From Candidatus Poseidoniales archaeon (lineage in GTDB: Archaea; Thermoplasmatota; Poseidoniia; Poseidoniales; Poseidoniaceae): a stretch of DNA of 64,000 nt. The translations under genes were made by a program, and so were the position numbers. The DNA is taken from positions 9,301 to 73,300 of the forward strand of contig JAYODQ010000005.1 in assembly GCA_038106355.1 (NCBI GenBank), given 5' to 3'. Positions 50,538 through 60,050 of the stretch are shown here, piece after piece. Under the pieces are notes generated by a model, which did not search any database, was not told the origin of the DNA, and saw only the letters and a program-made list of their open reading frames with translations. How positions within the stretch are numbered: position 1 is the stretch's first letter; every line of letters begins with the position of its first letter.

Positions 50538-53500
50538 TCAGAATCGAGAACCCGATTTGCCGCTTCGGATAGCCTTGAATCCAGCAAAGATGACAAGACA
50601 CATCAAGACAAATATCGTTAATGTCACCCAAATCGAATTGCCTTCACCAGTACTGCTAGCATAGTAATCAACAGAGAAGTCGAAATCTTCAACTTGTTTG
50701 TCAACATAATCAGCGTCTTCACCAATGACATCGACTCGAACATCGTATCTATGATTTCCAGCATCTGTTGCATTCATGGTGAAATCTGCATTGACAATAC
50801 TCTCTGCTGGAATCGAAATCGTTTTCTGCAGTGTTTCTCCATCTGAGGTGGTCAAGTATACAATGACGCTGCTTGCATCAAGTTTCCCATAGTTTTCAAC
50901 AGGAATACTGAGCACGGTTTCGACTTCTGCATCCGCAGTCTTTGAAATACTATTTTGGTTGACTCTCAGACTAATTCTTGCAGCAGATACCGTAACGTCG
51001 ATGGTCTCTGATTCAAGTTCCTCACCTTCGCTTGATACAATGACTGACAACTCCTTCGTTCCTTCGGTGAAGTTTTGGCCAGCAAAAATTGTGAAGGACA
51101 TCTCTCGAGAATCTCCCTTTGAAATGGTCACTGTTGTGGTCATTGGAGTCACGGACCAACCTTCAGGAATGTTATCCACAACTTCAAGGCGGAATGTGTC
51201 ATCACCATTTCCATGATTTTCGATGGTCAGTGACATTGATCTTGAAATCGAAGGCGAGATACCAACTTCTTCAGTCACATCATGAATGTGGAAGTCATAT
51301 ATTTGTGGAACAAAGACATCGATTGCAACTTCGCTTGTTTCGGAAAGTTGCGTTCTCATGTTAAGAATGACTCTGTGTCCTTGGTCAAGATGCCATGTTG
51401 TGTTTTGGGCTGGCAGTGTAATTCTTACTTGAACAGTGCTTGTTTGAGTCACACTTGAATCGGTTCCATTCTCCCCAATACCAAGTTGAATTTGCATTTC
51501 ATCAACAAATGAAGTTCCATTGTAAAATTCAACAATCCAATCTGTGGAATCAGGTGCAGCGTTGACCGAGCCGGTAAGAGTGAACACGTCGTTGATTTCA
51601 GTTCCATTGTAGGTCAACTCAATATCGAATGTAATCTGTTCGTATTCCGTTCCTGAGGTTATCGCATCCATGCGTGGAGTTGATGTACCGTCGAAAGTAG
51701 CACCTTCGATGCTCGATTCGACAATTTCCATGCTCGTGTCGGAGTTAATTCGTCGATTAAATTCCAAGGTTAACGGCTGAGAACCACTTGTTGGTACTGT
51801 TCCAGCTGCTCCTCCTGTGTACTTCATTTCAAGTTCAAAGTCGTGTTGAATTGTTGTAAATTCAGAATCGAAACTGATGGCACCGGCAGGGGCGAGGATG
51901 AAGAATGTACCATTTGCTGGAGCAAATTGAATCATTTCCATGCCATCACCGAAGTTAACTTCTACTTCGACATCTTCAGTGATCAATTCAGTTCCTTCAT
52001 CATCACTTCCGATGTGGTGTGAGTTTCCTTGAATATCAGTCCATGACGTACTGAGGATAATGTACCCTCCGTTCCTCATCTCCAACTCGATGGAGCCTCC
52101 GGTTGATACCGTTGCATCAAGCAATCCAACGGCGACATCTCCACCATTTTCATCAAGATTTTGTGATTGAACATACACAATCCATTCGCCAGGCTGTACA
52201 TCTGCACTCCACTCTAACGTTGAACCATTCATGACGCCAGTCACTTCAATTGGGTCACGGTCAAACTTCGAATGTGGATAAAGAATGATAATTGCATTTT
52301 CGTGGTCACTTCCAACGGAATCAATGACGGTTCCGCTCACGGATACTGTAATGGCTTCAACTTCGATATCTACTGATTCTGAGTTGTTGTTCACGACAAA
52401 ACCTTGTGAGTCATTTGTGGTTTCATAATAAACGGTGCCATACCCTTCTTTTTCCACCGTGACATTGTACTGGTCTTGGATTGGAACGAAAAGACGCCAT
52501 GTACCACTTGCATCGGTTTCAACTGTTTGATTTACAGTCATTTCATCCGAACTTAAAACAGTCACATTCATCCCTTGAATACCTTGTTTCACCTCAGAAC
52601 TGATTTGCCAGTAGACCATACCCCCAATTTGTACCTCAAGATCTGCTTCTTGTGGACCCAAGTCAAGGTTGAATTCTTCATCATGGTCATCGGTATTGAA
52701 CGGAGATTCTGATGTGTCCAGCATCCAGTGCTTTGTTGAGGTTGAGTAATTGAGGAGCAAGCTCCATTCACCCGGCATCAATAATTCAGTGACAAAGCCA
52801 GTTTGATTTGTCTTTTCAAATGTAATATTTCCTAAGCCTTCATGACTGATGGCTTTCACTCTCATATCGGAGAGATTGGCTCCAGTGATGGATTCAACGA
52901 GTTGGAGACTTACGTTGACACCTTGCATCGTTTGTAATTCAAGACCAATTCGTGCATCGGCATTTGAATCAATGCTGAGAGGTTGTCTCAACACTTCGGT
53001 TATCTCTCCAGATGAATACGGGGCAACGATGAACAACCAGTCGCCTGTTGGAACATAAGCTGCAAATGAGCCATTTTCATCGGATGCGATGTTGAACCAA
53101 TCATCTTTAACTTCATTGTACAGAAGGAAATCATTTTGAATTCCGTCGCCTGATGCATTGGACAATGTTCCGTTGACTCGGTATGACTCCTTGAATACCA
53201 ATTCAACGACATCTTCTGGACCTGCTAAACCGATGTCGATCATGTCGAAAAATGAGAGAGCGACGAGGTCGTAATCTGATGCATTCTCATCTGAAGCAGC
53301 CGTACGATTGAGGACGATTTGATAACTTCCCGGTGTTAGTGTAACAATGAGTTCACCATTCGATTGATAATCTTCTTCGGTAATGTTCACTTGAGTACCA
53401 ATGCCCATCGGTTGCAAAATGAAACTTGGAGATACCTTTGTTCCATCTGTGAAGTTCACATCAGCGTTGCTGGCCATGTATACATTCAGGTTCACCTCAA

Positions 53501-56500
53501 TTGCTTCTGGATGAACGTAAAATTCCAACATGGAATTTTGACGTGTCGTTTGTGTGTCAACAATCACATCTTGTGCTGTCGTTGCATTGAGCAAATCATT
53601 CTCGAATTCAAAGTCGTATGTTCCATCAGGAATTTGAATGAAGAATCGCCCTTGTTCGGAAACACTTGTGTTCCACTTGAGTCCATCCCCATCGGTTACA
53701 TAGAGTTGTTCGGATTCCCACCCTGGAACTGATGAATCCCAGAAGGTGGTGTTATCGTAAAGATAGACAAATCCTTCAATGGTTGAGGTAGGTTCGAGAT
53801 ACAAAATTCCCAAGTCGATATTCTCGTCTCCAGTTACAGACAAAAGTTCACCATAAGCCATCGCATTGGTAATGGAGGAGGTAGTAAAATGATAATCTAG
53901 TCCACTTGGAACGCGAATCGAGAAATTACCAGTGTCCTGTGTTGTCACTGCGGTGAATTCAAGATCACCTGCGACCAATGTGATTCCGAGGCTTCTCGCT
54001 GGCTCTGTTTCTCTTGTCAGCAGTTCAGGGTTTGTCTCAGTTTCTTGTAACCATTGATGATACAAGTTAAGATCACCATTGTATGAACGAATTGAACCGT
54101 TGAGGACAACTGAAATCGCATAACTGAATTCAACATCGATTTCATAACCATGCTCAATCGAAATTTTCTCATACAAAACCATGGATTCATCAACATCGTC
54201 GCTAATGGTATATTCTCCTGCGAGGAGTTCGACATACACGATTCCATTCTCATCCGATGTCGCTTGGACAGGTTTCATGAATCCTAAACCGTCATTAAAG
54301 GTCAACGTTCTGTTTGACACATCGATAAGTGGTTCATTGGTTTCTTCATCAAGCGGTGAAACGAGTTGAATGGTGAGGTCACCGGTCGGCGGTACATTAA
54401 ACGCAAGATTCAGTTCTTGAGGTTCATCGCCGACAAGAAGGGTTTGGTTCATATCGTACCATCCATCACCATCGACGTCAACTCGGTAGTAATATTCACC
54501 ATAGGTAACAGGTCCGTACCCAAACGAACCATTTTCATCGGTCATAATTTCGACCTTCGATTCTTCGCCAAGCACGACATCAATGAGTTCAAGGGTCATG
54601 TTCGATAGTGGATTGTTATCAATGTCAACCAATGTGTCCGTGAAATACGAACCTGGAATCGTCATGCCAACATCGTAGGAAGGAGAGATACCAATAACCA
54701 CTGGATTCGGGAGGAGGACTTCCTTTCCATTTTCCAATTGTGCAATCATGTTGTATGTTCCGGGAAGTAATCCGGTTTTGTAAAACGAACCGGGTTCAAC
54801 CATTGGACCAGAAAAGGTACCATTTCCGATGAACAAACCTGTACCGTTAAAGATACCAGTTCCATAGAAATTACCAATGCCTTCGAAAGTGACGCCATCA
54901 TCGTATTCTTGAATGAACGTTGTGACGCCATCTGAGGTCAGCATACCCTTTCCAACAAATTCGCCATCGAACATGTATTCATTGGTGTCTTCACCCATTT
55001 CACAAATGGTTTGGTTTTCTGGCATTGCAAATTCTGTGGTGTTTTCAACGATTTCACATTGTGCCATATCCGTTGTATTTTCAAGCCATGAAGCCCTAAA
55101 GGTACCCTTACCATTCCATGTACCGTTTCCAAAGTACATCACTTTGTCTGTAATTTCACGGGTGTAGGTTCCTTTGAATTCTTTGACGAATGCAACACCC
55201 TCACTTTCGAATGTTCCATTGTATGTGAATTCGACTTCTCCAGTACCCTGCAAGATTCGTGTCTCTTCTGAAGTGAAAGTACCACTGGTTGTTGTGACCG
55301 TGTAGTTGTCGGTCATTGACCAAATATTTCTCAAAATGAATGTCGTTTCTTCAACAGGCTCACCTTCAAAACTCTCATGGCCAGTCCACTGAATCGTTCC
55401 AGAAACACCGCTTGAACCAATTTGGATGTCCAAAGAATCGCTAATTGCAACGCGTCGATTTGCTTGGTCACCAGTGATGTTGACCTCTGACTCTCCGAGC
55501 CATGTCATGTTGGAAACATGACCCAAAATCGCAGTTAACTCATTCACAGTTCTGTTTTCATTTGAGATTTGAAGCAAGTCTTGAATGTTGCTTACGTACG
55601 AACCGTCTCGAATGTTGTCTTGATCGAAGACTGGATTATATGTTCCTGCGAATGCCGAAACACGGATTCTTCCTGCCGGCACATCAAAGGAATATCTTCC
55701 GTTTTCATCTGCATCGACATATCCGATAGGAATCCAATATGTGTCACCATCATCATCTTCGAGGCCTTCACCAGAAAACGCATCTCTTTCGATGAGAACA
55801 CGAACATTTGGAATGCCAATTCCATCATCTTCTGTCATCACTTGTCCATTGAGCTTACCGCCTGGATAATATTTCAAAATCTTCACAAGCGTATTCGCAT
55901 TTGCCAAACTTGATTCTGGATCATCACTGTACCAATTTGCAAGAACAAAGTGGTTCATCATTGCACCAGGGAGCGGTACTGCTTGTTGCAGAATACTTCC
56001 AGGTGAACCAGATTGACCGAAGTGTTGCGACGGTTGTGGGTTTGAAGAGTCGGTGTCCAATCCGAGTGATGATGCACCATATCCTACGTATGTTCTTGCA
56101 ACCATCGTGTCAAAGAACGCAGGCTGGTGGGTGATTCGCACATCTTCGAGCGAGATGAAGTCGATATCTGCACCTGCTTGGTTGTTCAAGAAATCTTTCT
56201 TGACCGCTTCTTCATATTCAGCAGCGGTCATTTCATCTTTGAACTCACCGCGAATCGTTTCATAAGTTTCAGACATAAATGTTTGAATATCCTGTCCGGA
56301 CAAGATGGTTGGCGCACCAAAGATTCCCATTGGCTGACCTGAATTGTATTGACTATCTGCAGTATATCGTCCTGCACGGGGGTACAATCTGTTGTCAACA
56401 GCGAAATATCGAATCTCGTGGTCACGGTCAATGGTTTCTCCTGGTGCTGCATCGTAATCTTGAACAGTGTAATATCCTTCCATGTTGATGATGTCGTTGT

Positions 56501-59500
56501 ACAAATCATGGATGGTTGCTGTGGGGTGAGCGTCGAAGACCGCATCAAGCAGTTGCACAGTGAGTGCCAATCGCGCGTTCTGACGGTGGATATTGGTCGA
56601 GACCGACAAATATTCGTCAATCAAATCTGAGGTGTACCAGTAATCTCCAATGATGTAATGTGTGGTTTCAAACACGGTGTCTTGACCACTTCGAATATTG
56701 TTGGTAAATGTGATATTTGCTTGACTTTCATCAAGCCAATCGCCGTTATGACACAAAGTTCCAGAAGTTTCTTCACAGAAAAGACGTTCTCCATCTTTCC
56801 AAATTCGGTAAATCTGTTGACTTGAATCATCAAAAACACCGTTCGAATGCGTGTATCCTTCAGCCATCACTACATCTCTGTTCGTTTTCATGACAGTGAA
56901 TGCACGCTTTGAGACAAAGTCGACCATCTCTTCATCAAATTGAGTTTCCATGGTCAAAAATTCTTCAAGTTGTTCATCGGTAAGATATTTGTCCATCTTG
57001 TTGGTAAAGCCTTGGCTAAGGTCAATCTTATCGAAGTTGGATTCCATGTACGACCTATCGCCCTCAGCGAGTTGCCAAATGAACATAGCTGTGAGGTCAT
57101 CTTGATTTCGTGCAAGCAACATGTTACCAGTTGCAGGAATACCCGACTGGAAGTTATCCGAAACGGATGGATGCTCTCCAGTGTTGAGTGCTTGAAAACC
57201 ATAGTCCCACCAAGAGACGAAAGCAGGTCGCTCTGAATATGCAACTTCTGTATCTTGGCTCGCTAACCATTGGTACGCGAGGTTCCATCCGTTGTCGTTG
57301 AATGAAGAGCCAAACGAACCGAGATACCAATTTCCAGTATACAGGGAACTGTCGAGCAATGAAAATCCAAGGACCTCGAAGCGGAATATGTCTGGCATGA
57401 TGTTGTAAATGTCTTCATCCAATTCTCTCTCGGATGTTGATGAGCCAGGAATGGCTGAATCTAGACCGTACGTTGCTTGTTGGCTAAAGATGAGGATCAT
57501 GACAATCATAATTGCAGAAAACGATGGTGTTTTCCATACGGCTTTGCGAGCACCAGTAATACGATCCGCAGGCGTTCGAATACCAAACTTTTGCCACTTT
57601 AATTTCAAGCCTTTCCAATCAGCTTTGCTCCAAAGGGAAACGACACCGGCTGCACCCATAACCGCCATAACGGGTGATGCGTTGAACATGAAACGAGCGG
57701 CGTTCCATGCCATGAAGGAAGCAGCAAACACCCAAACACCGAACACAAGTTGTGTTTGTTTTCTCTTTCGGATTCCTTCGGACAACAACAAAACGCCCAT
57801 CACCAAAGCAAGGACAAAGGTGATTGGTCCAAACGAGGCAAAGAGTTGTGCTCTGTTCGGTGCATTTGCTTCAGCAACAGTTCCGAAAATCTTGGTTTTG
57901 GTGAAATATCCACTACCGGTGAGAAGAACATCCCAAGCATTCGAAACGTCGAGTTGCTGTAGAATATACAAGATGCCGAAGAATACTGCACTTGAGACTG
58001 TTAATGTTCCAAGGACGAGCAACCAAGGCTTGTCTCTAAATCCGGTGGTAATAAATGTCAATGCAAGCGTGAACCCTAACACAAAGAGGAAAGGTTGCAA
58101 TCCTGTTGGATCGAGCATCAGATTGAATTGTGGGTGAGCGTAGAATGGAAGAGCCATGAGTAAATTCACAACGAGCATCACAAGGAACAAACTGCTGAGA
58201 ATGGTTGAGTCTCTTCGCCTAAACAAGTTGAGTGCGACTTGAAGTGCATACGCCAAGAAGAGAATCGACGGACCAACAACGAAACCTTTCCATCCAAGGG
58301 ATGCTACACCGAAAGAGGCACCCGCGAGAGCAGCATAAGCCACCGATGCTCTGCGGTTGTGAACAACATCTTTGAATGCCTTCACGAAACTACCAAATTT
58401 TGGAGAGGTTGATTTTGAAAGTCGTGCGGACCCTGCATATCGAACCGCTTTCATCCAGTACATGAAACCAAGACTGATGAATAACATCACGAATGCGTCG
58501 TGGTCAGCAAGTGCCCATGTTGAATGGGTGACGTGAGCAGGCATGAAGGCAATGAGCCATGCAGCAATGACACCTGCACCCTTGCCGAATTGGTCTCGAG
58601 CAATGACAGCGATTGGAAGAATGGTCAATGCACCATAGAGTGCTGGCAGACCAAGCATGCTCCACCATACTGCATTTTCCGCTTGACTTCCGAGGAAAGG
58701 CTCGATAAGTATTGCACCGAGAGCCATTGACCAGGAGAATAACGGTGGACGTGGGTTGATACCGCCAATCGGGTATGATCGGTCTGCATCGAAGACAAGA
58801 TGGGCATTTTGAGCCAAGATGTAGTCCACGACTCGCTTCATGTACCAAGGGTCTGAACCCCCAGTCATGTCCCATCCACCGGTTCCAAATGCGTTCATAG
58901 ATGGTACGACGTACCATTGTACACGAATCGCCAATCCGATGATGAATGCAAGCCAAATCAATGTTGAACTCCAATGTTGGCTCCAGAACTTTCGTGCACC
59001 AGAACCTTCATGAGGTTCAAGATTAGACCATCCTCCGTATTTTTCATGACTTCCAATGTAATAGATGGCGACACCGATGAAGAAGGTGAAAGCAAGCCAA
59101 ATCAATGCTGCCCAATTTCCTTCGAGTTGAGTCGAGGTCCAAATCCCCTTTTCATACCATGAAGAAACTAGGTAAAGGGCCCACATTGAACCTGCGACCA
59201 TTGAACGTGTAAACCATCGTTCGGCAAACATACCCGCGACGATAAGTGCGACAATGCCTGTCAACGTTGCAGTCCAAAACCCTACATAGCCTGTGTAATT
59301 TTCGACGGTGGTTACGCCAAGTTTGTTGCCGAGGCTCACTGAATCGTAGTGCCACAAGGAACCAGCGTATGCAAGTACCCAAACATACAATGCAACGATG
59401 AGTGGGAGTGCATTCCTTTGAAATCCGCTAACAGGGGTGATGTAACCAAACCATCCTTCAGTTCCCGCTTCATTGAGGAGTCCACGAGTGGTCACGCCAA

Positions 59501-60050
59501 TAGCAAGACCGAGTATTGTGAACATCATGAGATTTGTAAAAAAGAGGTAAGCAATTGTTTCTCGAGAAAGATTGAGCGTAGCCACCAATTGTCCGTTGTC
59601 GAGTTCAAATGTGGATGGCAAATTCGACGATTGTGCGACGTGGAGAGCCATCCAGTAACCAACCGAAAAGAAAGTGAGCATCGCTTGCCATTCATGTTTC
59701 GACTTCAAATTCAGACGATGACCAAAGACGAAGAGAATGAAGAAGAGCAAACCTGCTACTGCATCAATGTACATGTAGACGACATCTGCAAGGATGAAAC
59801 CAATGACCAACACAGCGAGGGAGATTTGTGTTTCATTGGAACGGCCAGAGCGGAGAATCATTCTTGGCACGGTGGCAAGAATGGCTGCAACGCCCATCAC
59901 GAAGAAGGGCGTCAAGTTCTCTGTGGTTAAGTCGAAGTCAATGCCTGCGACTTTCATTGTTGCAATCGCCAGCACAATTGCCAAGGCTGGAATAATCCAA
60001 CCAAGGAATGAACTTGGGCGATGTTGCACGCTTTTGTTTTCGTTTTCCAT
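50538..60050 (-). CDS. aglB: Giant (3,170 aa) AglB/STT3 oligosaccharyltransferase fused to an N-terminal extra polytopic module and a C-terminal ~1,750-aa beta-sandwich array with terminal TM anchor
   Basis: GGSD(400)PWYMKR (EL1 acidic motif), ALAD(516)HD(518), GT(724)VAE (TIXE-type) and WWDYG (aa 947-951; nt 57198-57212, verified on the DNA). At least 10 CarboxypepD_reg-like modules (for example TDENGSFGYGPVTYGEYYY and TDASGTWRLFVPIQDQYNVTVEKEGYG), plus CARDB-like ENHGNGDDTFRLEV. C-terminal helix IWVTLTIFVLMCLVIFAGFKAI. SD-like GAGGGA upstream. Confidence 0.9.
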   Translation of the reverse strand: MENENKSVQHRPSSFLGWIIPALAIVLAIATMKVAGIDFDLTTENLTPFFVMGVAAILATVPRMILRSGRSNETQISLAVLVIGFILADVVYMYIDAVAGLLFFILFVFGHRLNLKSKHEWQAMLTFFSVGYWMALHVAQSSNLPSTFELDNGQLVATLNLSRETIAYLFFTNLMMFTILGLAIGVTTRGLLNEAGTEGWFGYITPVSGFQRNALPLIVALYVWVLAYAGSLWHYDSVSLGNKLGVTTVENYTGYVGFWTATLTGIVALIVAGMFAERWFTRSMVAGSMWALYLVSSWYEKGIWTSTQLEGNWAALIWLAFTFFIGVAIYYIGSHEKYGGWSNLEPHEGSGARKFWSQHWSSTLIWLAFIIGLAIRVQWYVVPSMNAFGTGGWDMTGGSDPWYMKRVVDYILAQNAHLVFDADRSYPIGGINPRPPLFSWSMALGAILIEPFLGSQAENAVWWSMLGLPALYGALTILPIAVIARDQFGKGAGVIAAWLIAFMPAHVTHSTWALADHDAFVMLFISLGFMYWMKAVRYAGSARLSKSTSPKFGSFVKAFKDVVHNRRASVAYAALAGASFGVASLGWKGFVVGPSILFLAYALQVALNLFRRRDSTILSSLFLVMLVVNLLMALPFYAHPQFNLMLDPTGLQPFLFVLGFTLALTFITTGFRDKPWLLVLGTLTVSSAVFFGILYILQQLDVSNAWDVLLTGSGYFTKTKIFGTVAEANAPNRAQLFASFGPITFVLALVMGVLLLSEGIRKRKQTQLVFGVWVFAASFMAWNAARFMFNASPVMAVMGAAGVVSLWSKADWKGLKLKWQKFGIRTPADRITGARKAVWKTPSFSAIMIVMILIFSQQATYGLDSAIPGSSTSERELDEDIYNIMPDIFRFEVLGFSLLDSSLYTGNWYLGSFGSSFNDNGWNLAYQWLASQDTEVAYSERPAFVSWWDYGFQALNTGEHPSVSDNFQSGIPATGNMLLARNQDDLTAMFIWQLAEGDRSYMESNFDKIDLSQGFTNKMDKYLTDEQLEEFLTMETQFDEEMVDFVSKRAFTVMKTNRDVVMAEGYTHSNGVFDDSSQQIYRIWKDGERLFCEETSGTLCHNGDWLDESQANITFTNNIRSGQDTVFETTHYIIGDYWYTSDLIDEYLSVSTNIHRQNARLALTVQLLDAVFDAHPTATIHDLYNDIINMEGYYTVQDYDAAPGETIDRDHEIRYFAVDNRLYPRAGRYTADSQYNSGQPMGIFGAPTILSGQDIQTFMSETYETIRGEFKDEMTAAEYEEAVKKDFLNNQAGADIDFISLEDVRITHQPAFFDTMVARTYVGYGASSLGLDTDSSNPQPSQHFGQSGSPGSILQQAVPLPGAMMNHFVLANWYSDDPESSLANANTLVKILKYYPGGKLNGQVMTEDDGIGIPNVRVLIERDAFSGEGLEDDDGDTYWIPIGYVDADENGRYSFDVPAGRIRVSAFAGTYNPVFDQDNIRDGSYVSNIQDLLQISNENRTVNELTAILGHVSNMTWLGESEVNITGDQANRRVAISDSLDIQIGSSGVSGTIQWTGHESFEGEPVEETTFILRNIWSMTDNYTVTTTSGTFTSEETRILQGTGEVEFTYNGTFESEGVAFVKEFKGTYTREITDKVMYFGNGTWNGKGTFRASWLENTTDMAQCEIVENTTEFAMPENQTICEMGEDTNEYMFDGEFVGKGMLTSDGVTTFIQEYDDGVTFEGIGNFYGTGIFNGTGLFIGNGTFSGPMVEPGSFYKTGLLPGTYNMIAQLENGKEVLLPNPVVIGISPSYDVGMTIPGSYFTDTLVDIDNNPLSNMTLELIDVVLGEESKVEIMTDENGSFGYGPVTYGEYYYRVDVDGDGWYDMNQTLLVGDEPQELNLAFNVPPTGDLTIQLVSPLDEETNEPLIDVSNRTLTFNDGLGFMKPVQATSDENGIVYVELLAGEYTISDDVDESMVLYEKISIEHGYEIDVEFSYAISVVLNGSIRSYNGDLNLYHQWLQETETNPELLTRETEPARSLGITLVAGDLEFTAVTTQDTGNFSIRVPSGLDYHFTTSSITNAMAYGELLSVTGDENIDLGILYLEPTSTIEGFVYLYDNTTFWDSSVPGWESEQLYVTDGDGLKWNTSVSEQGRFFIQIPDGTYDFEFENDLLNATTAQDVIVDTQTTRQNSMLEFYVHPEAIEVNLNVYMASNADVNFTDGTKVSPSFILQPMGIGTQVNITEEDYQSNGELIVTLTPGSYQIVLNRTAASDENASDYDLVALSFFDMIDIGLAGPEDVVELVFKESYRVNGTLSNASGDGIQNDFLLYNEVKDDWFNIASDENGSFAAYVPTGDWLFIVAPYSSGEITEVLRQPLSIDSNADARIGLELQTMQGVNVSLQLVESITGANLSDMRVKAISHEGLGNITFEKTNQTGFVTELLMPGEWSLLLNYSTSTKHWMLDTSESPFNTDDHDEEFNLDLGPQEADLEVQIGGMVYWQISSEVKQGIQGMNVTVLSSDEMTVNQTVETDASGTWRLFVPIQDQYNVTVEKEGYGTVYYETTNDSQGFVVNNNSESVDIEVEAITVSVSGTVIDSVGSDHENAIIILYPHSKFDRDPIEVTGVMNGSTLEWSADVQPGEWIVYVQSQNLDENGGDVAVGLLDATVSTGGSIELEMRNGGYIILSTSWTDIQGNSHHIGSDDEGTELITEDVEVEVNFGDGMEMIQFAPANGTFFILAPAGAISFDSEFTTIQHDFELEMKYTGGAAGTVPTSGSQPLTLEFNRRINSDTSMEIVESSIEGATFDGTSTPRMDAITSGTEYEQITFDIELTYNGTEINDVFTLTGSVNAAPDSTDWIVEFYNGTSFVDEMQIQLGIGENGTDSSVTQTSTVQVRITLPAQNTTWHLDQGHRVILNMRTQLSETSEVAIDVFVPQIYDFHIHDVTEEVGISPSISRSMSLTIENHGNGDDTFRLEVVDNIPEGWSVTPMTTTVTISKGDSREMSFTIFAGQNFTEGTKELSVIVSSEGEELESETIDVTVSAARISLRVNQNSISKTADAEVETVLSIPVENYGKLDASSVIVYLTTSDGETLQKTISIPAESIVNADFTMNATDAGNHRYDVRVDVIGEDADYVDKQVEDFDFSVDYYASSTGEGNSIWVTLTIFVLMCLVIFAGFKAIRSGKSGSRF
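50640..55862 (-). repeat. Tandem array of prealbumin/carboxypeptidase-regulatory-like and CARDB-like beta-sandwich modules within aglB (approximate bounds)
   Basis: A recurring pattern 'short beta segment - (T/S)DxxG - F/Y - x5-8 - PG/AG-x-Y/W' appears at least 10 times between aa ~1397 and ~3137. Confidence 0.65.

Noticed and set aside
50538-50640. PGF-CTERM / archaeosortase-type sorting signal at the C-termini of the giant proteins
   Set aside because: None of the C-terminal helices is preceded by a PGF (or similar) tripeptide and Thr-rich linker. Several proteins have long cytoplasmic tails, which is incompatible with such signals.
57409-58137. 242-aa plus-strand ORF (also 59349-59930, 193 aa) antisense to the aglB membrane domain
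   Set aside because: These are shadow ORFs opposite a 9.5-kb ORF that carries verified STT3 motifs. They lack a plausible start context and recognisable motifs.
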